The position numbers and the translations under genes were made by a program. Below are positions 14,046 through 27,922 of a stretch of DNA of 64,000 nt, piece by piece; position 1 is the stretch's first letter; every line of letters begins with the position of its first letter. The stretch spans positions 116,128,001-116,192,000 of the forward strand of contig NW_024704742.1 in the NCBI RefSeq assembly GCF_018977255.1, read 5' to 3'. The notes beneath the pieces were generated by a model. The model did not search any database. It saw only the letters and a program-made list of their open reading frames with translations, and was not told where the DNA came from. The stretch is from Callorhinchus milii. Lineage: Eukaryota.

Positions 14046-14959
14046 GTAGAGTGCACATGGGTGCAAATTAAAGTAAATTGAATTGACTGTATATTTTGTG
14101 GGCGAAATACGGTAAGCCAATTGCGCACAGCACTGTCTAACAAACAGTCGTGCATTCAGCAAGTTTCTTTGCTCCACATGCCTCTGTCCAACAACAACAA
14201 CTTGGATTTATATAGCCCCTCCACGCCGGACGGCGTCTCAGAGCGCTTCACCTAGCAATAAATAGGAACCTGGTTGTTAGTCAATTGGTGGATTGCTTTT
14301 CTGGGGGTAATAATCCCTTCAAAAATACAATAAATTAAAAAATGAAAATTTGGTCACTCAATGCCCGACTGTTTGTGGGACACTGTGGTGTGCAATTGGC
14401 TGCTGCGTTTTGCCCACAAAAATAGTTAATTCACTTTACAGTATATCCTGTGAAGTGTTTTGAGATGTCTCAAAGACGTGATAAGGTGCTGAATCAAATG
14501 CAAGTGGTGTTATTATCGTCCTGACGTGAAAGGCACTGTATAAATGTAAATTTGTATTGTTCTTGGAGGGTGATTGAACAGTGTAGTCCTGGCCAATGTA
14601 TTTCACTTTGCACCATCTCCAGAGTGAGACCTATAGGATATGATTAGATGTGGGTGAGCAGCACAAAACACATGCTCGTTTAATATGGGAGGAGGAATGC
14701 TCACTGTTCACACTGAAGTGAGGCAGGCTTGGAAATCATTATTGTTTGATCCTAAGGTGATTGTGATGAGTTCTGAACTTGCACGATTTTAAATTGTCAA
14801 TCAAATTGGAAGTACTTGAGGGTATAGAGGCGTATATAGCATAGAGGATGAGGCTTGTGTGGCTTATAAACACTTATAAACACTGGCATGGACTAGTTGG
14901 GCTGAATGGTTTATATAACCTGAGCTTAATGTGTTCAGAAAAACAAAATTCCCTTTTAG

Positions 14960-15260
14960 AACCATAGATATTTACATCCTAGAAGAAAGCCCATTGTGTC
15001 CTTTTAAGAGCAATCCTTTCAGTCCCATTTTCATGCCCTTACACTGTTCACTGTAGCTGACTCATTTTAAGCTATTTATCCAGTTCCAATTGAGCCAATA
15101 AGGATTCTGTCTCAACCATGCCTCCTGGCAGGGCATTCCATATCTCAACTACTCTGTGTGAGGAAAAATAGATTCTCCTAACCTCCTCATTTGCTTGTTT
15201 CTATCTTAAATTCATGGCCCTAGTCACTGACCTGCTGACCAATGGAAATAATTTCTGGTT
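14960..15260 (-). mobile_element. CR1 3' fragment
   Basis: ggcagggcattccatatctcaactactctgtgtga and tggccctagtcactgac are the reverse complement of CR1 RVV..WN.LP and TRGH. Confidence 0.65.
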
Positions 15261-16244
15261 AATATTTGTGAAGTTATAATATAAACTGGCCATGACTTTA
15301 CACTGAGAAACCTAGGTTGCTTCATTTAGCTTGTGGCTGGGATAGGGATGCAAGGAAGCTGGTTTTAAGGGGAATAATCTGAATGGCTATTCCCAGCTGT
15401 ATCATCCATCAAGATGATACTTTTCAAGTTTGTTGATTTTTAGCTAAATTGTCCCATTTGCCTGAACTACTTCAAAATAGCAGCTTGAACTACTTTGTGC
15501 GAGTTCCTTTACTTATGGAAATTGGTTGTTTTTCCCACTCAGGCAGGACGGGGCTCAACATAGCAATGAGTTGCCAGCTCGTGGCAGAAAGCCACATTTT
15601 CAACTTCCTGTGCCCATTGTTAGCTTACAAATGCAAAGCTTTATTTCTTGGCAAAAGCAGCCACATGCCTACAGGTGAGATTGTCAATGTGGCTGGTACA
15701 TTTTAGCTAAAACATATTCAACAAATTTTCTCAAGAATATGAGAGACTGGTCTGTCATGATTCTCAATCCACACGCCTGGTATATTAAGTGAATCCTTTA
15801 TTCTCTGCTCCCAGCAATCCTGTACTCCAACCATAAACACACATTCTGGGTCCCCTGCCCAGGATCCTTTTATACATGCTGCTTTTATTTAATTGGCTCT
15901 TTAATTGTCATTTAACTTCTTAAAACAAGAGCCTATATCTTCCATTCCTTTATTTTTTTCTCTAGTCTTGTTCCACTACACTTTCTGGTTTGGTTTGTTT
16001 CCCTATTCATTTCTTCTTCTTTAAACTTATGTTTCGTTTTATTAGAAGATCAGATGCTCTTCTGATTCTTTTTCTGTATTTTTCCTTCTGATAACTTTTC
16101 CCCCTTTTTTCCAACTTTACTTTACTTTTCTTTACTTGACTACACCCAGTTTGTTTCAGCTTCATTCAGCTTCACTCTTCATATTCTGAACTCAGAACTT
16201 CAGGAAATTCATCCACTCCCATTTCCTGTTGCTTTTGTTCACCA

Positions 16245-16420
16245 CGGCTCCATCTTTGTTTCCCCCTTCTTTTCCTTATCCACATGCTCCCTCTTGGTGA
16301 TGTCATCCACAGACATGGGATCAACTTCCACATGTATGCAGATGACACCCAAATCTACTTCTCCTCCAGCTGCAACTCCCAGTCTGCTGATGTCTGTCAG
16401 CTTGTTTGACAGACATCAAA
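16245..16420 (+). mobile_element. L2 RT fragment
   Basis: cagacatgggatcaacttccacatgtatgcagatgacacccaa ([14 protein letters not shown]). Confidence 0.8.
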
Positions 16421-16509
16421 TGATCTGTGCTCAAGGAAAACAAATTGAAATAAGAATGGTGAAGTTATTTACTTGGGGAACAAGGTTTTGGCCCAAAATC
16501 AGACTTCTA

Positions 16510-16827
16510 GTGGAGTCCTGTAGCTCAGTGGTTAGAGCACTCGCTTTGCAAGCGAGAGACCTGAGTTCAATTCCAGGCAGGGCGAAACCTTGGGCAAGTT
16601 TCCTTACTCCACACGCCTAATAATAATTCCTCCAAAACAAAAAAAACAATAATAAATTGATCATTTTCAATCCGCGACTGTTTGTGGGACACTGCTGTGC
16701 GCAATTGGCTGCCGCGTTCGCCCACAAATATACAGTCAATTCACTTTACAGTATATTCTGTGAAGCGCTTTGGGACGTCTAGAAGATGTGAAAAGCGCTA
16801 TATCAAATGCAAGGATTATTAGTATTA
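16510..16827 (+). mobile_element. Full-length young tRNA-Ala-derived Deu-SINE with L2-like tail
   Basis: A box tagctcagtgg, anticodon arm ctcgc-ttTGCaa-gcgag, B box gttcaattcc, Deu core tttgtgggacactgctgtgcgcaattggctgccgcgtt, (TTA)n tail; TTCTA flanks both ends. Confidence 0.92.
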
Positions 16828-16957
16828 TTCTAGGCTGAGTTTTTTTTAAAAAGTATGCTTGTTGCAATGTGATGGGACACAATGTTATCTTTCTAGTAAA
16901 GTCAAGTTCATACATGTGCTTATGAAATTATACCAGACCATTCCTTTATGTGGGTGT

Positions 16958-17400
16958 TAATAAATAATCCTTGCATTTGGTATAGTGCCTTTCAAGTCAG
17001 GAAGACGTTCCAAAGAGCTTCACAGGATTTTACTTTGGAGGGGAGTGACTGTGTATTTGTAGACAAATGTGGCTGCCCAATTGCGCACAGCAATGTCTCC
17101 AAACAGCAGTGCAATGAATGACCAATTTTATTTGGGAGATTGTTGGCCAGGACAATGGGGGAACAACAACAAAATTACATTTATATAGCGCCTTTCATGT
17201 CGAGAGAACGTCCCAACCTCCATTCTCTTTTCAAAGTGCAATGAGATCTTTAACGTTCACATGAATAAGCAGATGGGACTTCAGTTTAACATCTCATCCG
17301 AAGGACGGTACCTCTGATAACTGCATTGGAGTGTCAGCTTAGACTAGGTGAGTTCAAGATCCAATGTGATGCTTGAACCAGCACCTTCTGACTCAGAGGC
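16958..17400 (-). mobile_element. Older SacSINE1/AmnSINE-like Deu-SINE; related copies at about 9577-10372(+, split), 11457-11730(+), 12400-12790(+), 17550-17800(-), 39749-40065(+), 45086-45820(-, split) and 53268-53640(-)
   Basis: A different head (gcctctgagtcagaaggt), the motif ccttcggatgagatgttaaac and the Deu core, recalled from shark DeuSINEs. Confidence 0.72.
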
Positions 17401-17809
17401 TGATACTTTGAATCTCCTCATTAAAGGCTGTTTAAGGGAACTTGTTGTCATTTATAAAGGCATCCAAAAAAGTTTCTTGGATTAATTATAATAATTGTAT
17501 TGGATGTAACGCCTTTCAAGTCAGCAGGATGGCTTGTACCGCTTCATAGGATTTATAGTAGTGTGCAGTGACTGTATTTTGTGGGGCGCACAGCACCCAA
17601 TATGCATACAGCAGTATCCAACAAACAGTCATGAAATGAATAAGCAATTTTATGTGAAGGACTGTTGGGCAGGACACTGTGAGAAACTTTTTGTTTGAGT
17701 TGTACCATGGGATACGTAGGTCCCCTGAACAGGCAGACAGGATCTTAGTTTTATGTCCTAGGTGAAAGACAGCACCTCCATGCAGTGACACCCCAGCACT
17801 TCATTGGAG

Positions 17810-18530
17810 CCCATCCGCAGACATGGGGTCAACTTCCACATTCATGCAGATGACACCCAACTCTATCTTTCTGCCCCACTCTCAACTCCAGGGTGGGTCG
17901 GGGGACGTGGAGCATGCCAGAAATGGCTGAGCGGAGGGAACGGGTGGGTTGGTAGGGCGTTCGGAAGTCGCAGAGGTAGGGTGGGGCGAGGCCATGGAGG
18001 GCTTTGTATGTAAGGACCAGGATCTTGAACTGGATCTTCTGAAGGATAGGGAGCCAATGGAGTCGGACGAGAGTGGGGGAGATGAGGTCACAGAGCAGAG
18101 TTTGGTGCGGGAGAGGACATGGGCTGCAGAGTTCTGGATTATCTGCAGCCTGTGGAGGGAGGAGTTGGGAAGGCCGACAAGTAGGGCATTTGCATAGTCG
18201 AGCCTGGAGGTGATGAAGGCATGAACAAGAGTTTAAGCGGCCTGAGGGGTGAGGTAGTGGCGGAGTCGGGCGATGTTACGGAGGTGAGGGAAGGCAGAGC
18301 GGGTCATGGCTTGAATGTGTGGGAGAAAAGGCAGTTGAGGGTCAAACAAGCCACCTAGGTTCCTGACTGGCGATGAGTTGGAGTGTGCAACCATGGAGGT
18401 TGATGCTGCCAGAGCCTGAGGTGCTGAGGCGCTGGCGCGAGCCAATCAGGAGGGCCTCAGTCTTGTTCACATTCAACTGTAGGAAATTTGCCCTCATCCA
18501 GGACTTGATGTCCGACAGGCAGTCTGTCAG
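17810..18530. mobile_element. L2 fragment with internal inversion (17810-17891 on +, 17892-18530 on -)
   Basis: [18 protein letters not shown] on +, followed by LTDCLSDIKSWMRANFLQLN and downstream sequence on -. Confidence 0.85.
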
Positions 18531-21264
18531 AATACATAGGACCAGGATCTTGAACTTCATTTAAAATTCTGAGGGGTTTTGATAGAGTCAATAGTGAGAA
18601 ATTATTTCCACTGGTTGTTAGGTCAGTGATAAGAGGCATCAATTTCAAAGGTATTGCCAACCGACTGAATAATGGGTAAAACAAACTCCTTACTTAAATC
18701 CATAAAGTCTTTAGTTTCAAAATCCAGCAAATGTTGCTTCAGAAATGAAATCTGTGAACAGCAAAATATCTTACTGCCGTCCACCTCAAACAAGGTATAT
18801 TCAGTTCAAAACATCTGCAAACAGCTCAGTGTCTGAGAATACAGATGACTGATGTTCTGCAGACTGGGTTTGTTAAAGCTTTGTTTGTTCTGAACGATAT
18901 AGCAGGAGGTGTCAAGCCACTGAATCAGACTCCAGCTACTTAGTCGAATTGACTTGATCTGTCATCTATCAATACTCCATATTTGTAACCTAAGAATTGA
19001 GGCATGTTCCCGTGGCGCTGTTGCTCATGTGTCTTTTTATACCGAGCATGATTATATGGAAGGCACATCTTGTTTCCTGAAGGCACTGTGCAGTAAAAAA
19101 TACCTGTGCAGCATTCACTAAGCAAAAAATACATAGGATTGTTAGTCTAAACTTTCTCAACGTTACCATTATCCACTTCACAGTTCTTATCACACAGATA
19201 CATTTAGAATTACATAATTTCAATTTAGGCTATTGCATTGATTTTGTAAAATTATATTGTGATATTTAAGATTGGTATTACTTGCATTTTTTTTGTGGAT
19301 ACGAATAATGGATATATTATTGCAAAATTTATCCACCCAAACTAAAAAGCTTTTTGTATTGATCATGACTTTACTTGGATCCCTTTTGTCTTCTTGGCAG
19401 TTATATTTTTGCCTTTCTATTTAAGTCATATTTAGCCTGAGGAGTGGTTATTGAGGCATTACTAGATTACTTCAATCCACATACCGCTCTTTTATTCAGT
19501 GGTTTCTGTCTTCATTTAAACATTAACACACAAACGTTAAAACATTATGGTTTCACTCAAACCACCTCGCAGATGGCTATTGTTTCTTGTAACTTTAACG
19601 TCCACTCGAGAATGCTCTGTCCATCCTCTTTAGTTATTTAAGTGTACATGTTGTAAAACTATATTACTCGCAATGATTTACTGCTATGTGTATTTATAAT
19701 GGTGGGAAGGAAATGAATGTGAAATATTTTAGAGAATAAATATTCATTCACATTTGAGTAACTCCCTATAGTGAGTGTGTGCTTAAGCCTGCGGTTTTCC
19801 CTACTCGGGCATGTTTTCTCTCCAAAGTGGATAATCTTTTAAAATCCTTTTAGATGTGCCCACCAAATATTGGCTAATAATGGTAACTTTTATCTTGCTA
19901 ATTAGCATGGTCGACAATTGGTACAGTGCTGGGCAAATTGGGTCAAAAACTGGATTTCTGCTTAAAATAGACTTTTGTATCTGCTGAACATGCTCACTAT
20001 CCTAGACATTTGGGCAATTCATCCTCTACTTTTCAGTAAAACCTCCCTTTTCATGTGGTGTGATGAAGCCATATATTTATATTTTCTTTTACAGTTCTGT
20101 CTGATTATGTGGTTTAGAAAAAAACGCACACAAAACATTCCGTAAACCTCTATGGTTGGCAGCAGTGATGAAACAGAAGTGGCAAAACTGGAACAAGAGT
20201 CAAAGAAAACTAGATTACAGAAACACTGATTGTTACAGGCTGCAGCATATTAAAAGTTTGTTATGACCATGCAAGTTACAAGGCTTTGTCTTTGTGATTT
20301 GTGATTTTATGAGAATGGTACCACTTGTACTGTCCTTGCAACACTGAGTCCCACCCACCTACCAGTCTCTAAATTGTGGGCAAGATGTTCTATTTTTTAG
20401 ATGCATGCTTCATCTGTTATTTAGTAAGTGGGCTCTCCTTGGATCTGAACAGGCTCAGTATTGTGTCTCAGTAGTCTGGTTCCTGAGCCAAGTGGGTCTG
20501 CAGTATTCCAGGGCACTGCTGATGATAGCAAAGCCAGCCTGGCTCATCGGCAGGACCTGGAAAGGCAGACCAGTCACTGGGGTCAGGGAGTCATTGCACT
20601 CAGCTCCTGTTAACCCTGCAATCCAAAGTCCTAGTGGGTAGGGCGGTCCTAACTGGGCAAGCAGACGGATAGCTTGCCAGACAGTGATATCAATGGCAAA
20701 CTCTGCGGTTTTAGCTAATTGAACTCCAGCTGTACTCCAATGCACACTCTGTGGTCCCCAAGCCGTGCCTCCTGCCAATGTGTGCCTGATACTTTCTGGA
20801 AATAGGTAAGCAGAATGCATCCCTCCAGGGAGAGAGTGCACATTCCATTCCAACAATCTAACTCTACAATTTCCATGTGTAGGGTGGGATAAATGGAAAT
20901 CTCAGCTTGGTTTAAATATTCTTAAGCAATGGTAATGGGTTTCCGTATGTGTTATTTACATGTTCTTGATAAATCAAAATGAACTTGTTTATTACATTAT
21001 CATATAGCCAATCATCTCCTTGATCCATGGACACAATGGACAAACTCTAATCAAACATTGCAATTTGTGTTTATCAACCCTGATCCCATTGTAGCCAATA
21101 CAAACCCCAAATGGTCGTATCCCCATCAGGATCTTGAATTGCTTCTAATATTGATGTTCATTGCCAAAACCACAGTTTTCTGTAGGATTTCTGGCAATTC
21201 GGTGTAAAACTGTTCATAACCACCACAGACTATGATATGATTCAGTGTTCAAAGATATTGAGGC

Positions 21265-22670
21265 AACTGTCTCCTTGTCTCAAACGGTCTCCCCCTCCTC
21301 TCTTACCACGACTATAACCCGCATGAAGCCCACCACCTGCTCCTTCAAACCAATCGCTACCCACCCCTCTCCTTACCTCTCAGCTCCACCTCCTCACCCC
21401 TTTATTCTCAGGCCTCGTCAACCTCTCCCTGTCAACTGGCACCGTTCCCATACCCTAGCAACAGCTGTCATCGCCCCTATCCTTAAAAAAAACTTTCCCT
21501 GGACCCATCCCTGCTAACAAACTAGTGCCCATCTCCAACCTCCCTTTCCTTTCCAAGGTCTTTGAAAGAGTTGTTACTTTCCAGCTTTGCTCCTTCCTCT
21601 CCTGCCACTCCCTTTACAAACTGCTCCAATCGGTCAAGGTGACAATTGACATTCTGTCCATCTCTGTCTCCGCATGCTCCTCGACCTCTGCTGCCTTCGA
21701 CACTGTGGACCATTTTATCCTCCTCCACTACATCTCTTCTCACCTCAACCTTCAAGGTTCTGTCCTTGAATTGTTCAGATCCTATGTCTCACACCAGCTC
21801 CACTTTGTCTCCACAAATGGCTTTTATTCCAGCTCCCACACCGTCTCGTGCAGTGTTCCTCAGGGCTCTGTCTTCGGTCTTCTCCAATTCAACCTGCACA
21901 TACTCCCTGTTGGTGACATCATCCGCAGACATGGGGTCAACTTCCACATGTATGTGGATGACACTCAACTCTGTATCTCTGCCTCCACCCTCAACTCCAG
22001 GACCACTGATGTCCTGACAAACGACCTGTGAGACATCAAGTCCTGGATGAGAGCCAACTTTCTACAGTTGAACCAGGAAGACCGAAGCCTTCCTGATTGG
22101 CTCACGCCAGCGCCTCCGCACCTGAGGCACTGACAGCATCAGCCTCCATGGATGCACGCTCCGCCTCCACCAAGCCAATCAGGAACCTGGGCATCTTGTT
22201 CGACCCTCAATTGTCCTTTCTCCCCAACATGCGTGCTGTGACCCGCTCTGCCTTCCCCCATCTCCACAATATTGCCTGACTCTGCCACTGCCTTACCCCT
22301 CAGGCTGCTGAAACCCTCATACATATGCCTTCATTACAACCAGGTTTGACTTAGCCAAATCGCTGCTTGTTGGCCTTCCCAACTCTTCCCTCCACAAGCT
22401 GCAGATCCCGAATTCTGCAGTTTGTGTCCTCTCACACACCAAGCTCCATGACCCCATCACCTCCACTCTCGCACGGCACCACTTGCTCCCCATTCCTCAG
22501 AGGATCAAGTTAAAAATTCTTGTCTTCACCTTCAAGGCCCTCCATGGCCTTGCCCTCTCTGACCTGCTAACCCTTTATCAACCTGTCCGCTCCCTCCACT
22601 CAGCAGGCTCCGTCCTGCTCCATGTCCCCCGTCCTCCCGATCTGAAAGGTGCTTTACAAATATAATTTTG
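21265..22670 (+). mobile_element. Degenerate L2 LINE (RT region, internally deleted before the tail)
   Basis: [55 protein letters not shown]; tail tgaaaggtgctttacaaat. Confidence 0.9.
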
Positions 22671-25600
22671 TATTGTATATGTTCTAGTACATGTTGAGGG
22701 CAGTTTTAAATTAGCTGTACTGCTTTTGGTTGCAGTCCTGCATCATAAACAAGGCAGCACTACTGCCTCTGGAGGCAGTTTCACTCCGTCTCTAGAAGCA
22801 AAAGCATCCAGGTTATCAAAAGAAGTAAACAACAACAACAAGATTCCATTTATAAAGCGCCTTTCACGTCAGGAGGACAAGCATACACCCTACTGCTATT
22901 TAGATACACAAGTAGTCTGCAGACAAACCCAAGTGTATCACAGCTCCAAGCTCTGTGGCTATGTGCTGACGTTTACTTGTGTTTTATGGCAGCTTTCAAA
23001 CTGACAATTTAATGAGAATTTTCTACTGGATTCATCTCCAGAGTGAGAAAGCTTCATTTTGGCAATTCCTCTGATAGTCTGGATCTTGATCAGAGTAATC
23101 TAATCTCTGATTTTCTGGAACTAGATGGTGACTGGACCATAAAGATCTCACACAAGCAGCACCTTGTCTGAAATGAAGACTAAATATAGCGCAGTACTCA
23201 GTGTCTTCATTCGACAGTGTGTCTCCTGAGAGGATTAGCCGAGCTCTGCGGCAGTATTTTCTGTTGTGGCGGCTTTGTTACCAGCAGAAAGTGTTGCCTA
23301 CAATATCACATGGAAATATTTGCTTAGTAGTTTTATGGCTTCAGTCCTCCAAAGTTTGTTCCAACTATCTCCCATCTATTTAAAACTAGCTGTACCCATT
23401 GCAGCTTCGCTTGCAACCAAAGGGTCCAATATGGAATGTAGATTGACAACAGACAGACATTTCATCTTTATCTATACTCCTGTGGGAGGATTCCTTTTGG
23501 GAGGACTTGGTGCTTTAAAATGTCATTTTGTTGTTGTTGCCGTGGCTTAGCTTTGTCTGTGTTATTTATTTTGTTCCTGACGCTTGGCTACGTGCATGCT
23601 CTGTGACGTAGGATGCCACAGTCCCACTTTGACTTGGTGACCACCAGGTGTAACTGCAGTGAAAAACGCAGAACTGAAAATAACTCATGAACGATAGGAG
23701 GCATCCGAAAACAAATATGCCCATGTCACTTCTAGAAGCAAGATCTTTCTGATGAGGTATAAATCATGTCTCTATGGCAATCGGTTATTGAGATCCTTCT
23801 TGAAGCACAGACAGACATTGTCGTTTTATTAGTATAGAAAATTACTGCATTTTCAGGATCTGTCATTCAGGTTCATTGAGGGTCCACCTGTATTACAGTC
23901 CTTCTCTCCTCTCTGGCTGGAAAGTCTATTGGAGAGAAGCCACAGTTTCTGGCTCCATCAAATGGTGCCTAGAATAGCAAATCCTTCTGGGACAAGTATT
24001 GCTTTCCTGGAATTAGAATTTTCTTGCATCTAACACTTTTCTTGGGATCGTTGTTTCCTCTGAACTTATTTATGCTTCTCCCTACTGATTCTGTATGCAA
24101 AGTTTATGAGCTTTGCACTATTTATTTATCTTACTTGCCAATTCAGAAAGGCAATCTTAAGCAAAAACAGAAGTTGTTGCATATCTAAATTTCAGTAGTT
24201 CTTAAAAGAAAACAAGCCTTAAATGTTCCTCACTGGAGTAAGTAAGAGAGTTGGTCTACTGGAGCATGGTACAAGAGTGCTCTAATTGAGGTGTCCAGAT
24301 TCACAGATGGCCCGGGTTGAATATGATAATAATAATAATCCTTGCATTTGGTATAGTGCCTTATCATATCTTTGACACGTCTCAATGCGCTTCACAGGAT
24401 ATACTGTAAAGCGGATTGACTGTGTATTTTGTGGGCGAAACGCTGTCGCTAATTATGCACAGCAGGGCCCCACAAACAATAAATAAAAATAAGATTAACT
24501 AGGAGTCCTTCACCTGTTCAGTCTATCTGGAAACTGTATGTACGGAGATTTCTAAGCAAGTACTGCTTAAGCTTTCCACCTCCAACTGTTACGAGTTATC
24601 ATTCTATACTTTATATCATGGTTTTCGTCTGGAGGAGGGTGGCATTGGATTCACACTCTCTGTGCAGGTGTTTTGATCATTGTATGTCTCGGGATGAGAT
24701 GCTGGTATCAGTTATCCAATCTGACAAGAGTCAGACATGCTTGTCAGTTGTTTGGTGAACAAGCTATGACGATTCTCATAGAGAAGGCATGGCAGTACGA
24801 TTTCAAGGGAGAGCAGCAGTACACGTGTATAATACACAATAATTTGCTTTATGTCACTCTGTCAAAGGTGGAATCTTTGCCTTTCATGTTCCATGTGTCC
24901 TTGTTTATCCTCCACCTTGGTTTTTATTACATTTGTTCAGCACTGAATTGAGATTTGACGATATCACTTTTTGCAATATGCAAACATAATACTAATCCAC
25001 ATAAATAGAAACGGTGCAGGATTTCTGCCCTGTTGTGCTATGGAGGGCAGGGACAGAAAAATTATCATTAAGGTGGTACGGGTAGTGCCAACAACTTGAT
25101 TTTCTACTTAATACTCTAATGCCCAACTTGTGTGGTGGCAGTGGGTGTGGGGGCAGGTCTTTGAGCAGGAGTTGGAAATCTAGGGGGTGTGGGGAAGGAT
25201 GCAGAGTGTGAAAGTTTTCACCAGTTGGAGACTCTCAAACATGGTAACATGTTTTCATGCATGTACCATTCATGGTTTTAGTCACTGAGGAAGTCTGAAT
25301 CTCACCAATGGATATATAAAGAAACTAATACTGTACTTTATTATTTACCATCTTGAACCATTGCTTTCTGCTTATGTAGCAAAATACACTGTTTACTTTG
25401 ACGCCTTTCTTGTTGCAGAAGCGTAAAAATGGTTTGAATTAGAACATTGACTCCATCAGCACTTTTTCCCTCTGTTTTCTTTCTGTGCAAACAGTGGAGC
25501 ACTTCAATCCTGCAGTCTCCCTCCAAGCACTCTTTGTCCTCGAACTTCAGACTTTTAAGTGGCTGTTACTGATATTTGCAAAATACTATTTGGTATTCAT

Positions 25601-25744
25601 GTGTATGGGGATATACTTGTGGAGGTAGTAACAAAACACGTTGTTATGTTGTTAAACGTTGAAGATCCTGAGACGCAGAATGGGATCATATTAATGTTTT
25701 TTTCACGTGCTCCAATTATCTTTAGAATTTTTTCCCCATTGGCA

Positions 25745-26100
25745 TTTTCCCCTCTGCACCTGGTCTGCACCCCCACCATGGGCACTGGGGGTCCTCTGGT
25801 ATCTCCCCCCACCCCACCCCCAAATGGCCATTGTTCAGGTGAGAGGCTTGGTAGTGAGTGTTGGTGCTCGACTGCAGACAGTGTCACAGTTGAGCCTGAG
25901 CGCTCCCATTCGACTACCACATTTGTGAACAACATGAGAGGTAAAATAGATGTATCAGGAGCAGGAACCAGGGTGTTTGGCCCCAGCCTTCCTGGCATTG
26001 GGGCTGGCGTTCCTCTCCTTAACCCTGGGAAAGCTACAGCCTATTTAACCTCCCCATGCAACCCCAACTGAGACCAACAAACTCAGTGCAGCCCAGGATT
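25745..26100 (-). repeat. Ancient SINE-like interspersed repeat; related copies at about 3440-3550, 54380-54690 and 55990-56200
   Basis: Shared motifs in the same order: cacag..gagcctga, gatag..atc..gag.aggaac, aaccc.gg, ctgagaccaac.aactcag. Family name not assigned. Confidence 0.5.
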
Positions 26101-26218
26101 CATTCATTCTATCATAGTATAATTTTTGACAAATTTTTGCAAAACCTGTTCACGTGATGGGTTAGTTTTGTTTTTTTGCGATATTGCGATGATTGGAACA
26201 TTCTTGTAAGTTTCATCA

Positions 26219-26598
26219 ATAGTAATAAGAAGAATTCTTGCCTTTGACATAGAGCCTTATCACATCTTCGAAACATCTCAAAGCGCTTCGCAAAATATAC
26301 TGTAAAGTGGATTGACTGTAAATTTTGTGGGCAAAACGCGGCAGCTAAATGTTCACTGCAATATCCCACAAACAGTCGTGGGTTGAGTGACTAAATTATT
26401 ATTATGTTTTTTTTGAAGGGATTATTACCCCTGGAAAGCAATTCCCCAATCGACCAACAACTGGGTTCCTACTTACTGCTAGGTAAACAGACATGTGGAG
26501 TAAGGAAAATTGCCTAACATTTTGCCTTGCCCTGGAATCGAACACAGGTTCTCTGGCTTGCGAGGCGAGTGCTCTAACCACTAATCTACAGGACTCCA
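26219..26598 (-). mobile_element. Full-length tRNA-Deu SINE, long subfamily
   Basis: Same head and tail plus an extra internal segment (tttacctagcagtaagtaggaacccagttgttggtcgattgg). Confidence 0.88.
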
Positions 26599-27922
26599 CA
26601 TTGAGGCTCTCATGCACTATTCAGAATGGGATCCAGCCAAATTGATTTGTCAAGCCCAAAGGTCTATCTGCAGGCAAGCATGCCTCATGGCATCGATTAT
26701 CAAATAATTCACCAAAAAATGGACACTGTTTGACAAGTCCTGTACTTACCAAAGGAAAGCTTGTGGCTAATCCGTACCTGTCTGTACAAATGACTTTTGC
26801 CCAAAAAACACAGTCATTACACTTCACATTATATTCTGTGAAGTGCTTTGAGACATCTCAACAATGTGATAAGGCGCTATGTCAAATGCAAATATTATTA
26901 TTATTGTATTGCCATATATTGACTACTTGCACTGTGATGGTATCCTAACCCCAGATCCTAACCCTAAACTGTCCAGTGACTTGGGATATCCAACCAACGT
27001 GAAAAGTGCTACATAAACTTTGAATTATATTGTTCACCTACAATTGCACAGTCACTTCATTTTACATAAGCTTTGTGAAGTGCTTTGACCTGTTCTTTAT
27101 TTGAAGTGCTATTATCAAACGTTTTCAATAAAAAATGACTTGGAAATATTTGTTGGACTGGGCCAGCTCATATACTGAGTCAGTTTGTATTAGAATTATA
27201 GCCAGACTACAATATGGCTGCTTCATTCAACATGGACAAAGTATGTTAAATACTGCAGTACTGAGTGCTGTGCGTACGAAATAATAACTCTGGTAGGTTT
27301 CTCTTGTTCTTCTGTGTGAAGTCAAAGGGAAAGATTATTTGGTGTCTTTAGGAAATAGCTCTGATGAATCTTGTGATGTTGCTCTTAGTGCTGGGTGTGC
27401 TACCATTTAAGATTGAATCTGTTATCATGTGTTGATTTTTGTACTAGTTCCTGTGTAAGAAGTAAGGGAAGATCAATTAAGCAGACTCTTAGCTGCAGGA
27501 AATAATGTTCTGGCAGGGTCTTGATGGTGAAGGATTTGTTTATACAAAAACAATATAAGCTTGCTTTGCGGGCAAAATGCTAGTCTTGGTCTCGTGATTA
27601 TTGACATTCAAAGAAGGTCAGTCCCTTCCATTCCCTTCAAATTGTTTATTAATGCAGTATTGTGATAAACTAAGAGTAGAACATAGCCATGACATATTAA
27701 AGCTTTCACATTCACACTCTTTGCAAGCAATTTTTTGTTCTAATCATTCACTGTTAACAAAATTAGAATAGAGGTCAACCTGGTTACGATGATGTCACAA
27801 GGTGTAGGAAGTAACATAGGTAGTGATCTGACAATTCAGAAGATAGTGATTTTTTAGAATGGAAATCATAGGGTACTTATGTTTTAAAAGTGGAACCAAG
27901 CTTCAGCTAAGTGCTTAATAAC

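Noticed and set aside
16510..16585. tRNA-Ala(TGC) gene (and the same head in other copies)
   Set aside because: It is the SINE head: it runs into the Deu core and L2 tail, and the acceptor and T stems do not close properly.
20455..20856. 133-aa minus-strand ORF
   Set aside because: No homology recognised; the region looks like decayed repeat sequence.
25559..26071. 170-aa ORF and its antisense 133-aa ORF
   Set aside because: No recognisable domain; overlaps an old interspersed repeat; non-ATG start.
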